DNA from: an uncultured Eubacteriales bacterium
Lineage (GTDB): Bacteria; Bacillota; Clostridia; Oscillospirales; CAG-272
NCBI GenBank assembly: GCA_934467415.1
Contig: CAKSLQ010000011.1
Coordinates: 22,581-86,580 of the forward strand
Direction: 5' to 3'
DNA: 64,000 nucleotides
In this document: positions 42,467 through 52,887 of the stretch, piece by piece
How positions within the stretch are numbered: position 1 is the stretch's first letter
How the letters are laid out: each line of letters opens with the position of its first letter
Notes under the pieces: generated by a model
Seen by the model: only the letters and a program-made list of their open reading frames with translations
Database searches by the model: none
What the model was told of the DNA's origin: nothing
Translations under genes and position numbers: made by a program

Positions 42467-44062
42467 TTACTTCACCTGGCTGACCATCAGCGTGCCGAAC
42501 GCCTCAGAGGTCTCGTTTGCGGGCAGGATGCCCGCCACCTTGCCGCCCGACACGATCGCGATGCGGTCGCAGGTCGAGCGCAGCTCCTCCAGCTCGGACG
42601 AAATGATGACCACGGTGACACCGCTCTCGCGGTTGAACTGCTTGAGTGCATCCAGCACCAGCGCCTTCGCGCCGACGTCGATACCGCGCGTCGGCTCGGA
42701 GACGAACAGAAACTTCGGTTCGAGCGCAAACGCCTTGGCCAGGCAGACCTTCTGCTGGTTGCCGCCCGAAAGCTCCTTCGCCTTCTGCTTGGAACCCGTA
42801 CACTTGATGGCGAGCGCGTCGATATACTTCTGCGTCACAGCATAGATTTCCTTGCTGTCGCGCCAGGTGAACAGGCCGCCGAGATACTTCTTCAAAAATC
42901 TGTTCTGGATCTGCATCGCGGGGAACGCGATGTTCCACTCCAGCGTCTCGTCGAGGAGCAGACCGACGCCGCGCCGATCCTCGGACACAAACGCAAGCGA
43001 TGCATCCAGGCATCTGCGCGGACTGTTCAGCGGGATCGGCTTGCCGCAGAACTCCACGCTGCCGCCCGCCTCGTAAAGCCCCATGACGCCGTTCGGAATG
43101 CCGAGCTTGCCCTGACCGGCGAGGCCGCCGATGCCGAGAATCTCCCCCTCCTTGACGTCGAGGTTGACGTTGCGCACGATTTCACCGGGCATATCCACCC
43201 ACAGCTTGCGGATGGACAGGATCGTCGGTCTGTCCGACATATCGCGCACCTCATGCGCCCCGCCCGCGGCGAGATCGACCTCGCGGCCGACCATCATCCG
43301 GGTGATCTCGGGAATGCTTATCTCTGCGGTCGGCGTGTCCTTGACGACATGGCCGTCACGCATGATGACCACCTTGTCGCAGACCGCCATGATCTCATGC
43401 AGACGGTGCGTGATGAAGATCACGGCGATGCCGCGCGATGCCATGCCGCGGATCGACGCGAGCAGCGCCGCCGCCTCATGCTCGGTGAGGACCGCGGTCG
43501 GCTCGTCGAGGATGAGCAGCTTCAGATTGTCCTTGCTCAGCTCGCGCGCGATCTCGGTAAACTGCTTGTGGCCGACGGGCATATCGCTGATGGTCATATG
43601 CGCGTCAATCGAGACGCCCATCTTGTCGATCGCCGAGGCGGCGCGGGCGTCCATCTCTTTATAATTCAGCGTGTCCAGCCGATCGCCGAACACTTCGGAA
43701 AGTACATTCTTTTTCTTGGGCTCACGATTGAGCAGAATATTTTCGGTGGCCGTAAAGCCGGGGATCAGAGAAAACTCCTGATGCACCATGCCGATGCCGG
43801 CATGCAGCGCGTCAAACGGCGTATTGAAGCTGACCTTCTCGCCGTCAAGCAGGATATCGCCGCCGTAACCGCCGGTCTCGCGGATGACATCCATGCCGAA
43901 AAGAATCTTCATCAGCGTCGATTTGCCCGCGCCGTTTTCGCCGACGAGGCCGAGCACTTCACCCGCTTGCAGCGTGAAGTTGATGTCTTCGAGAACCTGA
44001 TTGCCGAAGAAGTCCTTTTTGATGTTTCGCATCTCCAGAAGCGGAGCATTTTTATTTTCCAT
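42467..44062 (-). CDS. ABC transporter ATP-binding protein (duplicated ATPase)
   Basis: GENGAGKSTLMK and LSGGNQQK. 531 aa. Confidence 0.85.
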   Translation of the reverse strand: MENKNAPLLEMRNIKKDFFGNQVLEDINFTLQAGEVLGLVGENGAGKSTLMKILFGMDVIRETGGYGGDILLDGEKVSFNTPFDALHAGIGMVHQEFSLIPGFTATENILLNREPKKKNVLSEVFGDRLDTLNYKEMDARAASAIDKMGVSIDAHMTISDMPVGHKQFTEIARELSKDNLKLLILDEPTAVLTEHEAAALLASIRGMASRGIAVIFITHRLHEIMAVCDKVVIMRDGHVVKDTPTAEISIPEITRMMVGREVDLAAGGAHEVRDMSDRPTILSIRKLWVDMPGEIVRNVNLDVKEGEILGIGGLAGQGKLGIPNGVMGLYEAGGSVEFCGKPIPLNSPRRCLDASLAFVSEDRRGVGLLLDETLEWNIAFPAMQIQNRFLKKYLGGLFTWRDSKEIYAVTQKYIDALAIKCTGSKQKAKELSGGNQQKVCLAKAFALEPKFLFVSEPTRGIDVGAKALVLDALKQFNRESGVTVVIISSELEELRSTCDRIAIVSGGKVAGILPANETSEAFGTLMVSQVK

Positions 44063-44080
44063 AAAGCTCTTCCAACCTAA

Positions 44081-44120
44081 AATAAGCGGGGGAGAGGAAA
44101 CCCTCTCCCCCTTATTTTTC
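44081..44120 (-). terminator. Intra-operon hairpin after the binding-protein gene (partial terminator / mRNA stabiliser)
   Basis: GGGGGAGAGG-aaac-CCTCTCCCCC with flanking AATAAG and CTTATT, plus a T-run. Confidence 0.5.
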
Positions 44121-44176
44121 CGTCTTGCGGGGATTTTGCCGGGGAATGCGTGAAAAGTGCACAGAAAGTGCGAAAA

Positions 44177-45439
44177 TTACTTCATGGTGAAGTACTTCTC
44201 GGGAACCTCAACATCGGTCGAGCCCATGAAGTGACCGGGGTTGCCCATGATGTAGGTATCCTGGTATACAAGGAAGATGTTCTCCGCCTTGACGCCGGTG
44301 GTTGCATTGGTGTAGTTGGAGCCGTTCCACGCCGCCTTGGGAGAGAAGACCTCGTATGCCTTTGCAATGTCGTCGATGTCGCAGAGCTCGCTCTCGCCGT
44401 TGATGACGTTCAGCGCGTGCTGTGCGAGACCTGCGGATACGGTGTAGCCGTAGGAGTATGCCCAGGTACCGAAGTGATCGGCGCCGCCCTTCTCGCAGAT
44501 GGCGGACTCAACCTTGGCAAGGATCTTCTCAAAGTCGCCGGCCTCAGCGGTCAGGTCAAGACCCAGTGCGCCCGGATAGCCCATCAGAGGAGACGGCAGG
44601 TCAGCCTCGATGAAGTAGCCGCCGTAGGTGAGCAGCTGCTTGAGCAGAGGCTCGGTATGTGCGTCGTTGGTGCAGAAGTATGCGGCCTGCTTGCCGTACT
44701 TCTCAACCCATTCCGGAACCTTCTCGAGGATGTAAGCCTGTGCGCCTGCAACGCCGACGTCGGAGGTCGGGTCTGGAGCCGTCTCCAGGACGAACTTCAT
44801 GCCGAACTCTTCGCATGCGGCCTTCATGATCGCAACACGGCGGCTCATCGTCTCATACGCCATGTGGCGCGGGAAGGAAACGTGGACAAAGGTGTCGCAG
44901 CCCAGCTCATGCGCGGTGCGGATGATGAGGTAGCCGCGCGCAACAAAGTCGTTGTTGCAGACGAGGTCGGCCGCCTCGCCGATCACGGGCAGGTCCTCAT
45001 GCGCTTCACCTGCGATGCAGAGAATGTCGGGGCGGCGCTCCTTGATCTGACGGAACGCTTCGGCCGTGCCGGGGACAGACTGGTTGACGATGATCGCCTT
45101 CATCTCGGGATCATCGGACAGGTTGACGATGGTCTGGATGGTGGTCTCCAGCTCTTCCGTGAAGTTGTCGGGATAGATCGCAAGCTTGACCATATCCTCA
45201 CCGTACATAGCCTGGAAGGCCTCGGCGCCGCGGCGGTCGTCCTCCGACTGCGAAACGGAACCGGTTACGATGCCGATATGCGGCTTCTTTGCGTCTGTCG
45301 TGTCATCGGTTGCGACGGTCGTGTCGCCGCTGCCGACGGTCGTGTCCCCGCTCGTGTTAGCGGGATCCTTCTGCTCACCGCAGGCTACCAGTGCGAACAC
45401 CATAACCAGCGCCAGAAGGAGGCTGATAAATCTCTTCAT
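44177..45439 (-). CDS. DUF3798-type substrate-binding lipoprotein
   Basis: Trimmed to MKRFISLLLALVMVFALVACG (lipobox; GGAGG SD). The predicted promoter -10 at 45484-45489 excludes the 45481 ATG. Confidence 0.65.
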   Translation of the reverse strand: MKRFISLLLALVMVFALVACGEQKDPANTSGDTTVGSGDTTVATDDTTDAKKPHIGIVTGSVSQSEDDRRGAEAFQAMYGEDMVKLAIYPDNFTEELETTIQTIVNLSDDPEMKAIIVNQSVPGTAEAFRQIKERRPDILCIAGEAHEDLPVIGEAADLVCNNDFVARGYLIIRTAHELGCDTFVHVSFPRHMAYETMSRRVAIMKAACEEFGMKFVLETAPDPTSDVGVAGAQAYILEKVPEWVEKYGKQAAYFCTNDAHTEPLLKQLLTYGGYFIEADLPSPLMGYPGALGLDLTAEAGDFEKILAKVESAICEKGGADHFGTWAYSYGYTVSAGLAQHALNVINGESELCDIDDIAKAYEVFSPKAAWNGSNYTNATTGVKAENIFLVYQDTYIMGNPGHFMGSTDVEVPEKYFTMK

Positions 45440-45483
45440 ACTTACCTCCATAAATTTTTTAAGTTTTGCAAGAGACAACACAT

Positions 45484-45525
45484 ACTATACCGCACTTGTG
45501 AACGTTTGTCAACAATTTTGTGAAC
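45484..45525 (-). promoter_or_regulatory. Promoter of the DUF3798 ABC operon, flanked by direct repeats
   Basis: On the reverse strand: TTGACA (45507-45512), 17 nt, TATAGT (45484-45489). The 8-mer TTGTGAAC occurs at 45496-45503 and 45518-45525, bracketing the -35. Confidence 0.5.
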
Positions 45526-45596
45526 TTCACCAATATTTATGCAGCTTTTCGACCGCTTTCGCTGCATTTTTTCTCAAAAGCCGACGCGGCGGCGGC

Positions 45597-45625
45597 TTGA
45601 CTTTTTCCGCCTTTTCGTATATACT
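45597..45625 (+). promoter_or_regulatory. Promoter of the mscS-family gene
   Basis: TTGACT, 17 nt, TATACT. Confidence 0.5.
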
Positions 45626-45656
45626 TATAGCATCCTTTTTTTCGGAGGCATCTGTT

Positions 45657-46475
45657 ATGGAAATTCTGGACACGATCAAATCCTTTATCGCCACGGGCGG
45701 CATCAATCTGCTGTTCTCGGCGATCTGTGCGATCGTCTTCGTTCTGATCGGCTTCAAGCTGTCCGGCAAGGTCACAAAGCTCGTCCGGAACAGCAAGCAT
45801 TTTCAGCATCTGGACGACAGCGCGCGCGGCTTCATCGGCAGTTTCATCGGCATCGGTCTGAAGGTGCTCATCATCATCATCGCCGCGTCGATCCTCGGTA
45901 TCAACGGCACGGCGCTCGCGTCGGTCATCGGCACGGCGGGCGTGGCCATCGGCCTTGCCATGCAGGGCAGCCTGTCCAATCTGGTGGGCGGCATGATGAT
46001 CCTGTTCTTCCGCCCGTTCAAGGTCGGCGACTACATCGACAACCATACGGACAGCGGCACGGTCAGGGAGATCGGCGTGTTCTACACCGTGCTCCGCACG
46101 CCGGACAACAAGACCATCACCATCCCGAACGGCGCGCTCTCCAACGCGACGGTCGTCAACTACAGCGTGGAGGAACGCCGCCGCGTGGACATGACCTTCT
46201 CGGTCGCCTATACCACCGATCTCGACAAGGCGGAAAAGGTGATGCGCACGGTTGTGGAGGCCAACCCGCTGGTGCTGAAGGACCCGGCGCCTTTCGTCGG
46301 TATGCTCAGCCAGGACGCCAGCGCCCTGACCTATACGGTGCGCGCATGGTGCAATGCGGGCGACTACTGGACGCTCTATTTCGATCTCAACACCAATATG
46401 AAGAAGGCCTTTGACACGGTCGGCATCGAGATCCCGTTCAATCAGCTCGATGTCCATATGAAAAACGAGGAGTGA
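45657..46475 (+). CDS. Small-conductance mechanosensitive channel (MscS family)
   Basis: Trimmed to MEILDTIKSF (GGAGG SD). Three TM helices plus the MscS beta-domain, GTVREIGVFYTVLRTPDNKTITIPNG. Confidence 0.85.
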   Translation: MEILDTIKSFIATGGINLLFSAICAIVFVLIGFKLSGKVTKLVRNSKHFQHLDDSARGFIGSFIGIGLKVLIIIIAASILGINGTALASVIGTAGVAIGLAMQGSLSNLVGGMMILFFRPFKVGDYIDNHTDSGTVREIGVFYTVLRTPDNKTITIPNGALSNATVVNYSVEERRRVDMTFSVAYTTDLDKAEKVMRTVVEANPLVLKDPAPFVGMLSQDASALTYTVRAWCNAGDYWTLYFDLNTNMKKAFDTVGIEIPFNQLDVHMKNEE

Positions 46476-46530
46476 AGGAAACGCGCATTTTTGGCGTTGT
46501 ACTTTCTGAAACCAATGTAGCTACATTTTC

Positions 46531-46678
46531 AGCCCCCTCGGTGAGAATTGAAAGCCAGCAGTTCCATTTACCTCCCTCTTTGAGGGAGGGGGACCGCGCC
46601 AGCGGTGGAAGGAGTTTTGCGCTTTTGCAAAAACTCCCCCAGTCGCCTTTCGGCGACAGCCCCCTCACCGAGGGGGCT
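46531..46678 (+). repeat. Modular GC-rich hairpin repeat element, copy 1
   Basis: Bounded by the 16-nt inverted repeat AGCCCCCTCGGTGAGA... / CCTCACCGAGGGGGCT. Internal hairpins: CCTCCCTC-ttt-GAGGGAGG, GGAGTTTTGC..GCAAAAACTCC and GTCGCC-tttc-GGCGAC. It shares its core with copies 2-4. Confidence 0.7.
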
Positions 46679-46741
46679 AAAATTGAACAATCTCTCATGC
46701 ACATGCGTGTCGCACAACAAACCCAACACCTTACGCAACCC

Positions 46742-46778
46742 AAAAGAACGCCTTCCCGCGCGGGAAGGCGTTCTTTTT
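46742..46778. terminator. Terminator after hisS
   Basis: AAAAGAACGCCTTCCC-gcgc-GGGAAGGCGTTCTTTT. Confidence 0.8.
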
Positions 46779-46787
46779 ATGCTTGAC

Positions 46788-48107
46788 TTATGCTTGTTTG
46801 ATCTTTTCGATCGCGGTATAGACGTCGAGCAGCGCCTGCTCGCCGGTCTCCATGTTTTTCAGCGTCAGCTTGCCCGCCGCCGCCTCATCCTCGCCGACGA
46901 GCGCGACATAGGGAATGCCGCTGCGGTTGGCAAACTTCATCTTCGGCTTCATGCCCTTGTCGAGGCAGTACACGTCCACGTTCAGCCCCGCCGCGCGCAT
47001 CTCGGCGGCGCTCCCCAGCACGAAATCCATGTGCGCCTTGTCGGTGGGGACAAAGAGGACGTCGCAGAGGCTCTTCTTCGTATCCGTGATGATCTCGGCG
47101 GCGCGCAGCTGCGAGAACAGGCGGGTCAGCCCGATGGAAATGCCGATGCCGGGCATATGATCGTCGGTGTAGTAGCCGGTGAGGTTGTCATACCGCCCGC
47201 CCGAGCAGACGCTGCCGAGCGTGGGGTAGTCCACCAGCTTGGTCTCATAGACCGTGCCGGTGTAGTAGTCAAGGCCGCGGGCAATCGTCAGGTCGATCGC
47301 GATGTTCTTCTCGGGAATGCCGTAGAGGTACGCATAGTGTATCACCTTGTCCAGCTCCTCCACGCCCTCGCGGAAGGTCGCGTCATCGCAGTCGAGCGCG
47401 CGCAGCGCCGCCAGCACCGCGTCATTGCTGCCGCCGATGCCGATAAAGGCGAGAATCTTATCCGCCGCTTCGCCGACCACGCCAAACTCCGCAAGCTCCG
47501 CCCGCACCTTTTCCGCGCCGATCTTCTCCAGCTTGTCGATGGTGCGCAGGATGTCGCCGATCTTGTCGGCAAAGCCGAGGGATGCAAAGAAGCCGTTGAG
47601 CACCTTGCGGTTGTTGAGGCGGATGACGAAATCGCCGAACGCGAGTTTTGTGAAAACGTTGTAGATGACGGCGGGCATTTCGGCGTCGTACATGAGGTCG
47701 AGCGACTCGGCGCCGATGATGTCGATGTCGCACTGGTAGAACTCGCGGAAGCGTCCCTTCTGCGGGCGCTCGCCGCGATAGACCTTGCTCATCTGATAGC
47801 GCTTGAACGGGAAGACCAGATCCGCCTTGTGCTGTGCGACATAGCGCGCCAGCGGCACGGTGAGGTCGAAGCGCATCGCAAGGTCGGCGTCGCCCTTGGT
47901 GAAGCGGTAAATCTGCTTTTCGGTCTCGCCGCCCGCCTTGGCGAGCAGCACCGAGGCATATTCCAGCACCGGGGTGTCGAGCGGCAGAAAGCCGAAGCTC
48001 TCATACACGCCGCGAATGGTGTCGTACATACGGTTGAAAAGAATCTGATCGGGGGGAAGCAATTCCATCGTCCCCTGCAGGGTGCGGGGTTCTACGCGTT
48101 CTGCCAT
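46788..48107 (-). CDS. hisS: Histidine--tRNA ligase
   Basis: 439 aa. Class II motifs: RYQMSKVYRGERPQKGRFREFYQCD. A C-terminal anticodon-binding domain is present. Confidence 0.85.
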   Translation of the reverse strand: MAERVEPRTLQGTMELLPPDQILFNRMYDTIRGVYESFGFLPLDTPVLEYASVLLAKAGGETEKQIYRFTKGDADLAMRFDLTVPLARYVAQHKADLVFPFKRYQMSKVYRGERPQKGRFREFYQCDIDIIGAESLDLMYDAEMPAVIYNVFTKLAFGDFVIRLNNRKVLNGFFASLGFADKIGDILRTIDKLEKIGAEKVRAELAEFGVVGEAADKILAFIGIGGSNDAVLAALRALDCDDATFREGVEELDKVIHYAYLYGIPEKNIAIDLTIARGLDYYTGTVYETKLVDYPTLGSVCSGGRYDNLTGYYTDDHMPGIGISIGLTRLFSQLRAAEIITDTKKSLCDVLFVPTDKAHMDFVLGSAAEMRAAGLNVDVYCLDKGMKPKMKFANRSGIPYVALVGEDEAAAGKLTLKNMETGEQALLDVYTAIEKIKQA

Positions 48108-48135
48108 AACTGTATATCTCCTGTGTTTGAATCTC

Positions 48136-49854
<1,719 letters not shown>

Positions 49855-50006
49855 AGTCTTCCCCCATGTGTAAACACAGTTATTATATATGAAGTCGCGG
49901 GAGAAGTCAACAGCAAAAAGCCGTTTTGCCTGCGGCGGCGCTTGACAGGCACGGGCGGGTATGGTAGACTGAAAGCAGAAAAATCCACTCGCACGGAGGC
50001 CTCGCC

Positions 50007-51128
50007 ATGTCAAAACGCCGTTTTCTTCTTTTCCTGTCTCTTGCCCTTTTGTCCGCCGTTTTGCTCGCCGCCTGCGGTGAGGCGAAACCGCCGCAGAACA
50101 GCACGTCCGCCGTGCAGACGACGCAAACGGAGGATGCCGGAGAGCATGTGCAAGATCCCGCCGCAGGTCTCACGCCGTGGGGTACGACACTGCGTCTGTC
50201 CGTGCCGGAGGGTGCTGTCGGCGTCAGCGTGACGCGGACGGTGGTCAATCATCTCGGACAGGAGCTGTCAGCGGAATATGATGTGCCGTGCAGCGCCGCG
50301 GGCGAGGTGACGCACACGCCGTTCGGCGGTATTTTCGCCGCGCCGTGCCCCGACGGCACGGTCTATGTCCGCTACAGCCCGGTATTCGCCGGTGCGGACG
50401 CGCCAGAAGAAATCACGGTGCGCAGCGCGTTCCCGAGCTTTGCAAATTCCGACCTTGCAGCGCGGCTTGCGGCGGCGCTTGCGGATGGAGACGCCGAGCA
50501 GGCGCTGCCGTCCGTCAGCGGCGACACGGCGGGAGACGGCAACGACAAGGTTGTTGCGCTGTGGCTGACCGAGGACGGCATCCCGTTCCTCACGGCGGAC
50601 AATGCGGTTGTTCTTTGCCTCGGCGCATGCGATCCCGCCCGCTACGAGGGCGCGGACATGCAGGCGCTCGACCTCGGCGACGGTCGGGACGCTGTCGTGA
50701 TTGTGTGGGGGCAGCTGTGGGATATGGAGCTGCAATGCGCCGTGCAGGATGCGGACGGCTGGCGCGAGCTTCCGCTGCCGACACCTGCCGCAGCGGCGAC
50801 GCTTTCCGCGCCCTATCGGCTGGACTTCACCCTGCCGGACGGGCAGACGGTCAGCCTCGACGCACGGGAATTTGACGCCCTCGCCGCCTTCTTCGACGCG
50901 GACGGCAAGCCCTATCGGACGAACGGTGAGGTCGCCTTCCGCATCGACGCACCGCACGAGGTCGTGACGCTCGACGGTCATGCGACGCTCCGCTTCACCG
51001 GCTGCCCGATTCTGACCGGCATGGACGCGAATGGCGCGCACGATGCCGATTTTGCCACCCTGCCGATGACGCTGTACATCCAAAACGGCGAACTCCGCTA
51101 CGCCTGCGGCGCATTGACAGCGGAATAG
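50007..51128 (+). CDS. Lipoprotein of unknown function
   Basis: MSKRRFLLFLSLALLSAVLLAACG lipobox. No family recognised. Confidence 0.55.
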   Translation: MSKRRFLLFLSLALLSAVLLAACGEAKPPQNSTSAVQTTQTEDAGEHVQDPAAGLTPWGTTLRLSVPEGAVGVSVTRTVVNHLGQELSAEYDVPCSAAGEVTHTPFGGIFAAPCPDGTVYVRYSPVFAGADAPEEITVRSAFPSFANSDLAARLAAALADGDAEQALPSVSGDTAGDGNDKVVALWLTEDGIPFLTADNAVVLCLGACDPARYEGADMQALDLGDGRDAVVIVWGQLWDMELQCAVQDADGWRELPLPTPAAAATLSAPYRLDFTLPDGQTVSLDAREFDALAAFFDADGKPYRTNGEVAFRIDAPHEVVTLDGHATLRFTGCPILTGMDANGAHDADFATLPMTLYIQNGELRYACGALTAE

Positions 51129-51142
51129 AATCAAATGAAAAT

Positions 51143-51171
51143 ACCGCCCGCCGAAAAATCCGGCGGGCGGT
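51143..51171. repeat. Hairpin, first copy of a duplicated terminator-like stem-loop
   Basis: ACCGCCCGCCG-aaaaatc-CGGCGGGCGGT. A near-identical hairpin occurs at 51448-51476. Confidence 0.7.
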
Positions 51172-51255
51172 GCTTACAGTACCATCAAAATACACAAAGA
51201 GGCGACGGGTCGTCGAGGGCGCCGGTCCATACAAGTAATACCGTGCGCATCTAAC

Positions 51256-51399
51256 CAAGCCTCCACCTGACGGGGGAGGTGGCACGCGAAGCGTGACGGA
51301 GGGAGAGATACCGCGAAAGAACGGACAGCGCGCAAATGTTACTGTTCGTTATCTCTCCCTCAGTCGGCTACGCCGACAGCTCCCTCGTCAGAGGGAGCC
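51256..51399 (+). repeat. Modular GC-rich hairpin repeat element, copy 2
   Basis: CAAGCCTCCACCTGACGGGGGAGGTGGCACGCGAAGCGTGACGGAGGGAGAGATA...TATCTCTCCCTCAGTCGGCTACGCCGACAGCTCCCTCGTCAGAGGGAGCC. It is highly similar to the reverse complement of copy 4. Confidence 0.75.
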
Positions 51400-51447
51400 T
51401 TGTTTTTTGCAATCTATTTTTTATTATCAAACTTTACCCGCACCATA

Positions 51448-51481
51448 ACCGCCCGCCGGGGAATCCGGCGGGCGGTGCTTT
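51448..51481 (+). terminator. Second copy of the hairpin, with a T-run (probable terminator of the lipoprotein transcript)
   Basis: ACCGCCCGCCGG-ggaat-CCGGCGGGCGGT followed by GCTTTTT. Confidence 0.6.
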
Positions 51482-52474
51482 TTACAAGCCGAGGCGGACA
51501 AGGAGCGCGTCGCTCTCGGTGTTCACGCGGTCGTAGTTGACAAAGGGACGGTAGATGGCTTCAATCTCGTCGTGAACGGCGAGGCAGGCGGACAGCTCCC
51601 CGACCGCGCGGGCGACGAGGTTGTCGCTCTCCGCCTTTGCATAGGCGACAAAGTCGGGCAGCGGCGCTTTGAGAAAGGCGGTTGCCGCCTCGGTGGGCTT
51701 GTCGCCGCCGCAGAGCGTGACGGCGGCGGCGGGGAGCAGGATGCAGCGCGGCACCTCGGGCATGACAAAGTCGCCGAGCAGCGTGACCGCCCTGCCCTTT
51801 GCCATCCGCGCCGCCTCACGCAGGATGGCAGCGCCCGCCGCACCGCCGTAGCACCGCACGCCGACAAGGTCAAGTGTATCGGTGTGGTCCACCACCCCGC
51901 GCGGCGTGGCAGAGGCGGCAAACAGGCGGCGGCTCTCGCCCACCGTCTCTCCGGCAAAGAGCGGCGCAAGCGCCTTGCGCACGGCGGGCATATCCAGCGC
52001 CGCCGCCGCCGCATCGGTCGCCTGCACCGTGAGCGCGCGGGCGGCGGCGAGGCAGGCATAGGCGCGGGCATAGTGGGTTTTGTTTGCGGCAAAGCGCGCG
52101 CGCAGTCTGTCCGCCTCGCGCATAAATTCCTCGTGGCGCAGAAAATGCCCGAGGTCGATCACCTCGTCGCACGCGCCGGGGATGACGGGGTCAATCGAAT
52201 GCGGCGCGGTGCCGTCGAGCAGCACCACGCGCAGCTCCGCCACGCGCACCGCGTCAAAGCTGTCGGGATCGCCGGCGCAGCGGAATTCCTCCACGGTGTA
52301 CCCCTTGGCGGCCGCGCGCGCGGCGACCTTGCGCATCAGGGTGCTTTTGCCGACGCCGGGCCCGCCCTTCAGCACATAGGTATAATGCGGTTTTGCCCAC
52401 GGCGGCACGATGCCGTCAAAGCGGCTGACAAAGCCGAGCCCCGTGTTCGCCCCGGGAAAGTAGGTCGCGTTCAT
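51482..52474 (-). CDS. P-loop NTPase of unknown function
   Basis: 330 aa. Walker A GGPGVGKST and Walker B-like VVLLDG. It resembles the uncharacterised Firmicutes ATPase family I recall as PRK06851-like (from memory only). Confidence 0.5.
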   Translation of the reverse strand: MNATYFPGANTGLGFVSRFDGIVPPWAKPHYTYVLKGGPGVGKSTLMRKVAARAAAKGYTVEEFRCAGDPDSFDAVRVAELRVVLLDGTAPHSIDPVIPGACDEVIDLGHFLRHEEFMREADRLRARFAANKTHYARAYACLAAARALTVQATDAAAAALDMPAVRKALAPLFAGETVGESRRLFAASATPRGVVDHTDTLDLVGVRCYGGAAGAAILREAARMAKGRAVTLLGDFVMPEVPRCILLPAAAVTLCGGDKPTEAATAFLKAPLPDFVAYAKAESDNLVARAVGELSACLAVHDEIEAIYRPFVNYDRVNTESDALLVRLGL

Positions 52475-52555
52475 CCTGTTTCCTCCTTATGGTGGTTTAC
52501 AGGGAAAGTATATGCAGGACGCGGCGATGTGGTACGCGGATAAGGAAAAATACAG

Positions 52556-52777
52556 CCTTCCCCGGTGGGGAAGGTGGCACGCGGAGCGTGACGGATGAGG
52601 GCATGCAGACTGCTGGCACAGCATAGTGCGATGTTTGACGTGCTTCAATCCCTCATCAGGCACCGGATGTTTTCCCATCGGGAAAACATCCTCCGCCGTG
52701 AGCCGACTGGGGTAGTTTTTGCTATGTGCAAAACTCCTTCCGTCGCCATTCGGCGACACCTCCCTCACCGAGGGAGG
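52556..52777 (+). repeat. Modular GC-rich hairpin repeat element, copy 3
   Basis: CCTTCCCC-ggt-GGGGAAGG, then TGGCACGCGGAGCGTGACGGA (as in copy 2), then GTCGCC-attc-GGCGAC and CCTCCCTC-acc-GAGGGAGG (as in copy 1). Confidence 0.7.
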
Positions 52778-52853
52778 TATTAAAGATAGATTGCGCACGA
52801 TTCGGGGGGAAGCCGGAAGGCACCCTGCAATTTTGCGGTGTGCTTGACCAACC

Positions 52854-52878
52854 AAAAAAGGCGCTTTCGCGCCTTTTT
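52854..52878. terminator. Terminator after the histidine kinase gene
   Basis: AGGCGC-tttc-GCGCCT flanked by A6 and T5. Confidence 0.6.
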
Positions 52879-52887
52879 CGGTTTCTT

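Noticed and set aside
46438-46786. ORFs translated from the repeat elements: 46472..46786 (+), 46438..46743 (-), 51336..51536 (+), 52487..52855 (-), 52595..52783 (+), 58995..59462 (-) and 59195..59389 (+).
   Set aside because: They consist of back-to-back hairpin modules. They lack ribosome-binding sites, and the same DNA occurs in both orientations, so the peptide-like similarity is a by-product of a nucleotide repeat.
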